Source: Bryobacterales bacterium
Lineage (GTDB): Bacteria > Acidobacteriota > Terriglobia > Bryobacterales > UBA6623
Assembly (NCBI GenBank): GCA_965216545.1
Contig: OZ244172.1
Span: 1,082,607-1,146,606 of the forward strand
Direction of reading: 5' to 3'
DNA length: 64,000 nt
Position numbers and translations under genes: made by a program. The notes under the pieces are model-generated. The model did not search any database. It was not told the DNA's origin and saw only the letters and a program-made list of their open reading frames with translations. Shown piece by piece: positions 39,187 to 47,914 of the stretch (position 1 is its first letter; every line of letters starts with the position of its first letter).

Positions 39187-39911
39187 TCGAGGCGCATGAG
39201 CTCTCGAAGTCGTTCGGCTCGACGCGCGCGCTGGCCGAGCTGGGATTCTCCGCCGCCAACGGCGCGATCACGGGCTTGCTGGGTCCGAACGGAGCGGGCA
39301 AGACCACGGCGCTGCGGATTCTTTGCGGCGTGATGCAACCCGATACGGGCAGCGTCGCGATCGACGGCGTCTCCGCGCAGACCGAGCCGCTGGCCGCTCG
39401 CGCGAGGCTGGGCGTGCTGCCCGACGGCGCCGGGCTCTACCCTCGCCTCACCGCTCGAGAGCACGTTCGCTACTTCGGTAAGCTGCACGGTCTGGGCGGC
39501 AAGGATCTCGAGACGCGGATCGATCGCTTGGCAGAGCAGCTCGAGATGGGCGGCATCATCGGCCGTCGCACCGAGGGCTTCTCGCACGGCGAGCGCATCA
39601 AGACCACGCTGGCGCGCGCACTGGTGCACGACCCGCCGAACCTCATCCTGGACGAGCCGACCAACGGCCTGGACGTTGGCGGCGTGCGAGCCCTGCGCGC
39701 CATCTTGAGCGGGCTGCGCGAGCAAGGCCGCTGCGTGGTCTTCTCGAGCCACGTGATGCAGGAAGTCGCCGCCCTGTGCGACCGCGTGGTGGTCGTCTCG
39801 CAGGGGCGCGTCGCGGCCCAGGGCACGCTCGACGAGATCCGCGCGCTCGCCGGCAGGGAATCCCTCGAGGACGCCTTCGTCGCCCTGACCAATCCCGAGG
39901 AAGCGCACTGA
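39183..39911 (+). CDS. ABC transporter ATP-binding protein (NatA-like)
   Basis: GTG start overlapping the upstream TGA; GPNGAGKT, FSHGE signature, LILDEPT, SSH. Confidence 0.92.
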   Translation: MIEAHELSKSFGSTRALAELGFSAANGAITGLLGPNGAGKTTALRILCGVMQPDTGSVAIDGVSAQTEPLAARARLGVLPDGAGLYPRLTAREHVRYFGKLHGLGGKDLETRIDRLAEQLEMGGIIGRRTEGFSHGERIKTTLARALVHDPPNLILDEPTNGLDVGGVRALRAILSGLREQGRCVVFSSHVMQEVAALCDRVVVVSQGRVAAQGTLDEIRALAGRESLEDAFVALTNPEEAH

Positions 39912-41089
39912 TGGACCTCCGCCGCTTCTTGGCCGTCTTTGGGAAGGAGCTCTCCGAGCATGGCCGTGACCGGCGGTCGTTGTTCTCCGCGTCCATCGGC
40001 GTCATTCTGGGGCCGCTAATGCTAGCGTTCATCCTCAACCAAGCCGCGGAGGAACGCCGCAGCCTGGACGAGATTCGGCTGCGGGTTGTCGGCGTCGAGC
40101 GAGCGCCCAACCTCGCGGCTTGGCTCGAAACGCAAGCCGGCGTCGAGGTCGTCGATTTCGACGGCGATCCGGTGGAAGCCGTGCGAGAAGGCGATTTCGA
40201 GGTCGCGCTCGAGGTCGATGAAGACTACGTGGAAGACTTCACCGCCGGCCGGCCGGCCGAGGTGCGGCTGCTCTACAACGACCGCCGCTCGCGGTCGCGC
40301 GCGATGGCCGGCCGCATACGGCGAATGATGCAAGCTTACGCCTCGAACGTCGGCGCCCTGCGTCTGATCGCGCGCGGCGTGGCGCCGGATCTGGTCCAGG
40401 CGGTCAAGGTGGAGAACTTCGAGGTCTCGGCGGAAGACAGCCGGGGGCGGCGCGTGCTCGGCATCGTGCCGATGATGCTGTTGCTTGCCGTCTTCGCCGC
40501 CGGCATGTCGGCCTCGGCGGACTCCACTGCCGGGGAGCGCGAGCGCGGCTCACTGGAGGCGCTGCTTGCCAATCCGGTGACGCCGGCGGAGCTGATCGCG
40601 GGTAAATGGGCGGCCGCCGCCACGTTGGCTGCAACAGGATTGGCCGCATCGCTGGCGTTTCACCTGCTGGTGCTGACGCGGGCGCCGCTGTATGAGGTTG
40701 GCGTGCGGTTGCGAGTCTCGCCCGAGCTCGTGCTGGTCTTGCTGGCCGTGGCGCTTCCGGTGGCGTTTTTCGCTCCGGCGCTCGAGATGCTGATCGCGAT
40801 GTTCGCCCGCTCTTTCAAGGAAGCGCAGAGCTACCTGGCCTTCGCCATCATGATTCCCACGCTGCCGATCCTGCTCACCTCGATGAGCGAGGCGCAAGCC
40901 AAGCCCTGGCTCGAGCTGATCCCGATCGTTGGCCAGTCCCAAACCATCCTCAACATCCTTCTGCGGCAGCCCTCGAACGTCGGCTACGTGCTTGGATGCG
41001 CCGTGCTCACGCTCGGCCTCGCGGCCGTCTGTCTGGTTGCGATTACGCGGCTGCTACGGCGTGAAGCGATCGTATTCGGACGCGGCTAG
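39911..41089 (+). CDS. ABC-2 permease (NatB-like)
   Basis: TGATG overlap; KEL..RDRR, AGERERGSLEALL, ARSFKEAQ. Confidence 0.9.
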   Translation: MDLRRFLAVFGKELSEHGRDRRSLFSASIGVILGPLMLAFILNQAAEERRSLDEIRLRVVGVERAPNLAAWLETQAGVEVVDFDGDPVEAVREGDFEVALEVDEDYVEDFTAGRPAEVRLLYNDRRSRSRAMAGRIRRMMQAYASNVGALRLIARGVAPDLVQAVKVENFEVSAEDSRGRRVLGIVPMMLLLAVFAAGMSASADSTAGERERGSLEALLANPVTPAELIAGKWAAAATLAATGLAASLAFHLLVLTRAPLYEVGVRLRVSPELVLVLLAVALPVAFFAPALEMLIAMFARSFKEAQSYLAFAIMIPTLPILLTSMSEAQAKPWLELIPIVGQSQTILNILLRQPSNVGYVLGCAVLTLGLAAVCLVAITRLLRREAIVFGRG

Positions 41090-41231
41090 TCGTAAGTCGT
41101 TCACGCCGACCTTCTAAGGGACTTCCCCCGGCGCAACCTCCCCGCCTCCGCATAGGCGCATTGCCGTCGCCAGCAGCAGACTAGAAGCACCGCGTCACGC
41201 CCCGCCGCGGGGGCGACGCCACGCTCGCGCC

Positions 41232-42197
41232 ATGCTCAAAGACCTGATCGATATACCGCTGCGCATGCTCATGGTCGGCGCAGTGATGTTCGTGGTCTAC
41301 ATCACGCCACTGACCTTGATCTACTTCCCTCGCGACGTGGGCTTGGTGGAACTGCCGCCGATTGACGCCGATGTCGCCGCAACCAACTACTACGACAGCA
41401 TCTACGACGAGGAAGACGGCGAGGGGGCGGCAGCCAAGGATGCGGACGCCGACGACTCGGAATACGTCTCGGTCGGCAAGGAAGCCAACCAGGGCTACGA
41501 CATCCACGAGATGGTGACCAAGTTCGTCTACGAGCTCGAGCTCCACGACGCGAAGACGCTCGAGATTGGCGCCGGCAGCGGTCAACTGCAAGACATCGTG
41601 GAAGACTATACCGGGCTCGACATCGCCGAGAGCGCCGCGCGCTACTTCCACAAGCCGTTCGTGCATGGCTCGGCGACGGAGCTGCCCTTCGAGGACGACT
41701 CGTTCGACGCGGCGTGGACGATCTGGACGATCGAGCACGTCCCGGACCCGGAGAAGGCCATGGAAGAGATGCGCCGCGTGCTCAGGCCCGGGGGAAAAAT
41801 CTTCTTCTTCCCGGCTTGGAACTGCGTCAGTTGGGCGGCGACCGGCTACAAGCAACGCCCCTACGAATCGCTGGGCTTGGCGGGCAAGATCGGCAAGGCC
41901 AGCCTGGCCCTGCGAGACAGCATGGTCTTTCGGGCGAGCTACATGGCCCCCATTCGGGCCATACGCTATGCCTGGTGGAAGATGACGGCCGAGCCGACGC
42001 GGCTGCGCTACACGGCCTTGCGTCCCAACTACACCCAGTACTGGATGGCCGACGCCGACGCCACGGCTTCGCTGGACGCGGTCGAAGCGATGATTTGGTT
42101 CGAGAGCCGCGGCGACGACTGCCTGAACTGCCCGGACACGCTCGGCGGAGCCATGATGATGGCCCACATCCCGCTCTACGTTGAGGTTCGCAAGTAA
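41232..42197 (+). CDS. Class I SAM-dependent methyltransferase with N-terminal TM anchor
   Basis: LEIGAGSG, GLDI, LPFEDDSFD, EHVPDP, RVLRPGG. Confidence 0.88.
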   Translation: MLKDLIDIPLRMLMVGAVMFVVYITPLTLIYFPRDVGLVELPPIDADVAATNYYDSIYDEEDGEGAAAKDADADDSEYVSVGKEANQGYDIHEMVTKFVYELELHDAKTLEIGAGSGQLQDIVEDYTGLDIAESAARYFHKPFVHGSATELPFEDDSFDAAWTIWTIEHVPDPEKAMEEMRRVLRPGGKIFFFPAWNCVSWAATGYKQRPYESLGLAGKIGKASLALRDSMVFRASYMAPIRAIRYAWWKMTAEPTRLRYTALRPNYTQYWMADADATASLDAVEAMIWFESRGDDCLNCPDTLGGAMMMAHIPLYVEVRK

Positions 42198-42207
42198 GGG
42201 AGCGATC

Positions 42208-43329
42208 GTGTCGACGCCTAAACCGATGCCGAAGTCTCTTTTCGTCGTCTCGATCGTGGTGTTCTTGATCGTTTGCGGCGGGTGGGGCGTTTTCGCAACC
42301 TACTTCCCGCAAACCGGCTGGGACTTCTCGCAGTTCTACATCGCCGGATCTCTACCCTTCGCCGACCTCTACGACCGCCCGGCCTACGAGGAGCTCGCCC
42401 ACGAACGACTGGCGCCGCTGGGAGTGCAGTATTTTCCGCCCTATGTGCGCCCGGCTGTCTTCGCGGCGCCGCTCAAGGCGCTTGCTCTGTTGCCTTACCC
42501 GGCCGCCGTCGTGGTGTTCATGGGTTTCCAGTTCCTCTGTTTTTGTGGAACGCTCTTCCTGCTGCTGCAGCGCTTCGGATTGCCTGCGGACATGCTGCCG
42601 ATCTTCGCGCTCTACTACCCGGCCATGCAGGGCATCGTCGTGGGCCAGGATCCCCACATGGTCACATTATTGATACTCTCGGGTTTTCTGCTGCTCGAAC
42701 GCGGCAAGGATGCTCCCGGGGGCGTGTTGTGGGGCCTGTGCCTGTACAAGTTCAATCTCATTCTCTGGCTGCCGCTGCTGTTGTTGCTCAGGGGGCGCAA
42801 GGTCGCCCTTGGAGCGATGGCCGGCGCCGGCGCCGCCCTCGCGTCGCTCTCGGCGCTATTGGCGCCCGCCAGCGAGTACATCGCGCTGCTACAAACCATC
42901 GAGTCTTACACGGCGGACTTCACTCCCGCCAAGATGATCGGCCTCCGCGGCCTGGCGGTCACCGCTGGATTCGAGCCGGCGTATCCCGTGTCGGCGGTCG
43001 CGCTGCTCGCTCTGGGAATCGCGCCGTTGAAGCGGTTGCCCTTTGACCGCGCCTTCGCGCTGGCCCTCACCGGCTCGATGCTGTGCTCCTACCACGTCAA
43101 CTGGTATGACGCCGCACTTCTGCTGCCCGTGCTTGGCTTGATCCTCACCGAAGGACCGGCGGCGGGCAAGTTCCTCGCCGTGGCGCTGCTCGCCGCCTTC
43201 CCGCTGTGGCCCAAGACGCACTGGGTTGCGGCGGCGATCGTGGCGTTGTGGGCGCTGCAAGCTTGGCCGGCGTACCGGCGCGCCCGGCCGCTGGCCGCCG
43301 CGGAGGCGCCCAGCGGCAGCTTGCCCTAG
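42208..43329 (+). CDS. GT87/DUF2029-like (GT-C) membrane glycosyltransferase
   Basis: DFSQFYIAG after TM1, PPYVRP, GQ motif, YK, YD; polytopic; AAGGGAG RBS before GTG 42208. Confidence 0.75.
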   Translation: MSTPKPMPKSLFVVSIVVFLIVCGGWGVFATYFPQTGWDFSQFYIAGSLPFADLYDRPAYEELAHERLAPLGVQYFPPYVRPAVFAAPLKALALLPYPAAVVVFMGFQFLCFCGTLFLLLQRFGLPADMLPIFALYYPAMQGIVVGQDPHMVTLLILSGFLLLERGKDAPGGVLWGLCLYKFNLILWLPLLLLLRGRKVALGAMAGAGAALASLSALLAPASEYIALLQTIESYTADFTPAKMIGLRGLAVTAGFEPAYPVSAVALLALGIAPLKRLPFDRAFALALTGSMLCSYHVNWYDAALLLPVLGLILTEGPAAGKFLAVALLAAFPLWPKTHWVAAAIVALWALQAWPAYRRARPLAAAEAPSGSLP

Positions 43330-43358
43330 CGCGGACGCGTGTGCTCCACTTCGTGGTG

Positions 43359-44690
43359 ATGCGCACACTTCGCCTCCTCGCCCTCTGTGCCGTAGCCGCC
43401 TCGCCGCTCGCGGCCGGCGTTTCCTTTCAGCAGCACAACGATCGCGTGGAGGTGTTTGCCGACGGCAAGCCGTTGACCACGCTGTACTTCGGACCGGGGA
43501 CGACGAAACCCTATCTGCACCCGCTGCGGGCGGCCGACGGAACGGTGGTCACGCGCCACTACCCTATGCGCAATGACGTTGCAGGCGAGGCGCACGACCA
43601 CCCGCACCACCGCGGTATGTGGTTCTCGCACGGGGAGGTCAACGGCTTCGACTTCTGGGCCAACGAAAGCGATCAGGAGCCGCAGAGCAAGAAGGGCCGC
43701 ATCGTGCTCGCGGGCGTCCGCAAGGCCGGCGACGGGCTGATCCGCGCGGCGTTCGAGTGGCGCTCGCCCGACGGCAAAGCTCTGCTGAGCGACGACCGCA
43801 TCTATCGCTTCGCCCTCGAGGGCGACAACGTCATCATCGACAACGAGATCCGCCTGGAAGCGGTACACAAGCCCGTGCACTTCGGCGACACCAAGGAAGG
43901 CACGTTCGCCATTCGCATTCACCCGACGATGCGCGAGTCGACGCCCGAGCGGAAGCCGGGCAAGGGCAAGATCGTCGCCGCCAGCGGCGCTCGCGGCGAG
44001 AAGCAAGCTTGGGGCAAACCTGCGCCATGGGTTGACTACTACGGCCCGATCGGCCGCAAGACCTACGGCATCACGATCATGGATCACCCCTTCAACCCCC
44101 GCCACCCGACCCACTGGCATGTTCGCGCCTACGGGCTTTTCGCGGCGAACATCTTCGGCGAGCACCACTTCTACGACGACGACAGCCGCGACGCCTCGAT
44201 CACGCTCGAGCCCGGCCAGCAGCTCAACTTCCGCTACCGCGTCGTGATTCACCCCGGCGACACCTCCGCCGCTGGCGTGGCCGCGCTCTATGACCGCTGG
44301 GCCGGCGGCTCGACGAGCTCGCTCGAGAGCGAAGTGCTGGCCGCCGAGAAGCATTGGGCCGGCTCGGTGACCGCGAGGGACTTCAAGGCGCTGAACGACA
44401 TCTACGACAACAGCCTGATCTACGCGCACTCCACCGGCGCCATCGAGACCAAGGGCGAGTACATGGAGAAGCTGCAGACGGGCACGGCCAAGTATGACGC
44501 GATCGACTACGAGCGCTCGACCGTCCGCGTGCACGGCGATTCAGCCGTGGCGCACCACATCGTCGTGATGAAGGGAACCAACGCCGCGGGGCCGTTCGAC
44601 AATCGCCTGATGATGATCCACACCTGGGTGAAGAAGGGCGGCGCCTGGCGGCTCGCGGCGCACCAGACGACGCAGATCGCACGGCGCTGA
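43359..44690 (+). CDS. DUF6807 ('PmoA-like') secreted protein fused to a DUF4440/NTF2-like domain
   Basis: KPYLHPL, DHPHHRGMWF, DTKEG, WVDY, WHVRAYGLFAAN; C-terminal YAHSTG...WVKKGGAWRLAAHQ. Confidence 0.8.
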   Translation: MRTLRLLALCAVAASPLAAGVSFQQHNDRVEVFADGKPLTTLYFGPGTTKPYLHPLRAADGTVVTRHYPMRNDVAGEAHDHPHHRGMWFSHGEVNGFDFWANESDQEPQSKKGRIVLAGVRKAGDGLIRAAFEWRSPDGKALLSDDRIYRFALEGDNVIIDNEIRLEAVHKPVHFGDTKEGTFAIRIHPTMRESTPERKPGKGKIVAASGARGEKQAWGKPAPWVDYYGPIGRKTYGITIMDHPFNPRHPTHWHVRAYGLFAANIFGEHHFYDDDSRDASITLEPGQQLNFRYRVVIHPGDTSAAGVAALYDRWAGGSTSSLESEVLAAEKHWAGSVTARDFKALNDIYDNSLIYAHSTGAIETKGEYMEKLQTGTAKYDAIDYERSTVRVHGDSAVAHHIVVMKGTNAAGPFDNRLMMIHTWVKKGGAWRLAAHQTTQIARR

Positions 44691-44712
44691 CGGGGACCCC
44701 TATGGCGCCGGC

Positions 44713-46413
44713 CTACGGGATGATCGCTTTCGCCGTGCGGTCGCCGACCAAGAAGTATCCCAACGCCTTCCCCGCCTCGTCGGCGATCAACCAGGCCGCG
44801 CCAGGCCGCGTGCGCTGGCGCTTCATTCCGCCGGGCTCGATCTCGCCATAGAGCTGGGCGCCGCCCTCGGGGCGCAGCCAGCGCAACTCGACCGTCTGCT
44901 CGGATTCGTTCAGGAACACCACGTCGAACGGATCGCCGTCGGGACGCGACGGCGGCGGCGTCTCGTCCGTATCCAGCGGATGCCATTCGAGCGAGGTCAG
45001 CGACTCTACGCTCGGCGGAGGCTTGTCGGCAAACTCTCTCGGGCCGAGCGGGCGCAGCTCCGCAAGCTTGGCGGCATGCTCGGGCGCGCGGGCGAGGTTC
45101 GTCCACTCGTAAGGGTCCGCCTGCACGTCGTAGAGCTCTTCGTCGCCGTTGGCGTAGTGGATGTACCGCCAGCCCTCCACGCTCAACCCATAGCCGCCCG
45201 GGTCGCCCAAGTAAGTCACCGCCGCACGGGGCCACTCGTCTCGCGGGTCGCGCAGTAGCGGGACGAGGCTGGGCGCGTCGTGGTGCGGCTCCTCAGGCAG
45301 ACCGGCCAGATCCAGCAAAGTCGGAAACAGGCTGAGCAAGCTCACCGGCCGCTCCGACACGCCCGGCTCGACGCCCGGCGTACGGATGATCAGCGGCACG
45401 CGCGTACACGCCCGCCACGCGGTGTACTTCTGCCAATGCTGCTTCTCCCCAAGGTGCCAGCCGTGGTCCGACCAAAGCATGACGACGGTGTTGTCCGCAT
45501 GTCGGCTCGCCTCGAGCGCGTCGAGTACGCGTCCCACCATCGTGTCCGCGAAGTAGATCGACGCTAGATACGCCTGGACGGCCGGCTTCCACTGCTCGTG
45601 CTCGAGAATGTGGGCGAAGTAGCGGTTCGGCCCGCGGCGCTGGCCTTCGGGCGGCAAGTCGTCCAAATCGTCTTCCAGGTAGCCTGGCGGCAGCTCGATC
45701 GATTCCAGCGGAAACGGCTCGAAGTACTTCTTGGGCACGAACCAAGGCTCGTGCGGCCTGTAGATGCCGCAGCCGAGAAAGAACGGTTTGTCCCACTCTT
45801 TGGCGAGCTGCTCGCTGATCCACTCCGACACCAGAAAATCGCCGCCAAACTCCTCGTCGGTCGCATCGAGCGCCGCCCAGTCCGTTTCGACGTATTGCCA
45901 GGGCCCGCCGCGTGGCAGGTTTACCGGGCGCTCGTCCGGGTAGAGCGTGCGCGGGAACGGATCTTCGCCTTCTTTCTCGGGGTAGTAGTCGTCCCAGGAG
46001 TCGGCGTCGATGAAGTAATGCAGCAGCTTGCCCGAGCCCGCGGCATGATAGCCGTGCCGCGAAAACGTCTTCGGCATGATCTCGGCGTCCGGGAGGACTT
46101 CGCGCATCTTCTGCCGGTTGTCATAGAGCCCGGAGCGATGCGGCGAGCGTCCGGTAAAGATTGCCGTTCGCGAGGGATTGCAGGCGGGCGCGGCGGTGTG
46201 GGCGTTGGTGAAGAGAACGCCTGTTTGCGCCAGCCGGTCCATGTTGGGAGTGAGCGCCTGGGGATGGCCGCCGAGAAAGCCGGTCCAATCGTTGAGATCG
46301 TCGACGGCGATGAAGAGGATATTGGGGGGCTCAGGCGGCGACACGCAGCCGGCTATGACGATGAGCAGGCCGGCGAGCATCGCCGGCGGCGCTCGCCTCC
46401 CGGCCGACGTCAT
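44713..46413 (-). CDS. Formylglycine-type sulfatase lipoprotein with C-terminal VHL-beta-like domain
   Basis: Lipobox IAGC, PNILFIAVDDL, CNPSR, GK, RPHEP, SDHG, ELYD..DPYE..NL. Confidence 0.9.
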   Translation of the reverse strand: MTSAGRRAPPAMLAGLLIVIAGCVSPPEPPNILFIAVDDLNDWTGFLGGHPQALTPNMDRLAQTGVLFTNAHTAAPACNPSRTAIFTGRSPHRSGLYDNRQKMREVLPDAEIMPKTFSRHGYHAAGSGKLLHYFIDADSWDDYYPEKEGEDPFPRTLYPDERPVNLPRGGPWQYVETDWAALDATDEEFGGDFLVSEWISEQLAKEWDKPFFLGCGIYRPHEPWFVPKKYFEPFPLESIELPPGYLEDDLDDLPPEGQRRGPNRYFAHILEHEQWKPAVQAYLASIYFADTMVGRVLDALEASRHADNTVVMLWSDHGWHLGEKQHWQKYTAWRACTRVPLIIRTPGVEPGVSERPVSLLSLFPTLLDLAGLPEEPHHDAPSLVPLLRDPRDEWPRAAVTYLGDPGGYGLSVEGWRYIHYANGDEELYDVQADPYEWTNLARAPEHAAKLAELRPLGPREFADKPPPSVESLTSLEWHPLDTDETPPPSRPDGDPFDVVFLNESEQTVELRWLRPEGGAQLYGEIEPGGMKRQRTRPGAAWLIADEAGKALGYFLVGDRTAKAIIP

Positions 46414-46461
46414 GTCCGTCTCGCGTTCGTTGCCGAGCCTCACTCGCGTCGCCCGCAGGAT

Positions 46462-47811
46462 TCACTCACCAATCGCGTACAACGTGTTCGTCCCGCGGAT
46501 GTAGATCTTGCCATCGGCAAACGCCGGGGTGGCGATGAAGAACTCGTCGCCAAAGTCGTTTACGCTCTCGACCACATACTCCTCGCCCATCTTGACTACC
46601 ACGATCTGGCCCTCCTCGGTCGCCTGATAGAGAAAATCCCCCGCCGCCACCGGCGAAGACTTCAGCTTGGTCGGATTCGGCAGCCGCTGCTGAATGTAGT
46701 AGGGTTCGCCCGTCTTGGCGTCCATCGCGCTGATCATGCCGTTATCCGCGGTGAAATAGAGAATCCCCTCATGCAGCACCGGCGACGGCGTGTAGGAATT
46801 CCCGCGCGTGTTCTGCCAGAGGACGTGGTCGGATCCGGTGATATCGCCGCTGGCCCCGTCGAGCTTGACCGCAAACATGTTCTTGTCGCGATAGCCGCTC
46901 ATCACGTAGACGTTCTCGCCGTCATAGACCGGCGCGGGAATCGTGTTCAGCCCGAGGCCGCCGCACTCCCAAATCTCCTCGCCCGTCTCGATGTCATAGC
47001 TCTTCACCCGCGCCGCCGCGGAAACGATCACTTGGGTACGACCCTCGTGCTCGATGACCAGCGGCGCCGACCAGTTCGACTCTTCCTCGCGGTCGCGACG
47101 CCAGAGCTCCTTGCCGGTCGACTTGTCGAGCGCGACGATGAAGTCCTCGCCCTGGTGGTCGAAGTTGAGGATGACGGTGTCGCCGTGCAAGACCGGGGCC
47201 GTGCCCTCGCCAAACCCGAGTCGCATGCTGAGCTTGCCGAAGGTCTTCGTCCACCTCAGGTTGCCGTCCAAGCCATAGGCGTAGATGCCGCGCGAGCCGA
47301 ACGACGCGATCAGAATGTCACCGTCGGTGACCGGTGAGTTGGAAGCAAAGCTGCCATAGGTGCGGTGGTGGCCTTCGTGCGGCGTCTCGGTCGTCGCGAC
47401 CTTTTCCCAGAGCGTCTTGCCGGTCGAGCGGTCGAGCGCCATCACCATGAACCGATGTTCGAGCAGATCCATGCCGCCGCCCATCGGTCCGCGGCCCTTC
47501 CGGCCCTTCTTGCCGCCCTTGCGCTGCGCCTGCGGCGGAGGAGTAGGGCGCGGGGCCGCCGGCTTGCCAGTGGTCACCGCCGTCGTCAGGAAGATGCGAT
47601 CCTTCCAGATCACCGGCGAGGAGTGGCCCTTGCCAGGGATCTCGACCTTCCACAGCACGCCCTCCGAGGCGCTGAACTGGGTGGGAGCGGCGGTCCGCGC
47701 CACGCCGTTGTCATAGGGTCCGCGCCAACGCGGCCACTGGCCGTCGACGACCGGGCCGGCAGCCAGGGGCAAGGCGACAAAAAAGGGAAGAAACGAACGT
47801 GTGATGTGCAT
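46462..47811 (-). CDS. PQQ-like (BamB-family) beta-propeller protein
   Basis: Signal peptide; WPRWRGP, GHSSPVIW, ASNSPVTDG, GKELWR; paralog of 816-2159. Confidence 0.85.
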   Translation of the reverse strand: MHITRSFLPFFVALPLAAGPVVDGQWPRWRGPYDNGVARTAAPTQFSASEGVLWKVEIPGKGHSSPVIWKDRIFLTTAVTTGKPAAPRPTPPPQAQRKGGKKGRKGRGPMGGGMDLLEHRFMVMALDRSTGKTLWEKVATTETPHEGHHRTYGSFASNSPVTDGDILIASFGSRGIYAYGLDGNLRWTKTFGKLSMRLGFGEGTAPVLHGDTVILNFDHQGEDFIVALDKSTGKELWRRDREEESNWSAPLVIEHEGRTQVIVSAAARVKSYDIETGEEIWECGGLGLNTIPAPVYDGENVYVMSGYRDKNMFAVKLDGASGDITGSDHVLWQNTRGNSYTPSPVLHEGILYFTADNGMISAMDAKTGEPYYIQQRLPNPTKLKSSPVAAGDFLYQATEEGQIVVVKMGEEYVVESVNDFGDEFFIATPAFADGKIYIRGTNTLYAIGE

Positions 47812-47914
47812 TCTCGGAGCTCCGCGAGCGGGTCGCCTAGTAGAGACGCACCGCCGCCCGCAATGGTAACTCTTGGCGCGGCGCCGGCGAATCGGCGAAA
47901 CTCAAGGGATTCCC

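Noticed and set aside
43359-44300. 'PmoA' label implying methane oxidation
   Set aside because: A soluble secreted beta-protein, unlike the polytopic pMMO subunit; no pmoB or pmoC nearby.
45598-47337. Long antisense ORFs (also 53314-55158, 34647-35939, 18575-19804 and others)
   Set aside because: Expected stop-poor shadows of high-GC genes; they carry no motifs.
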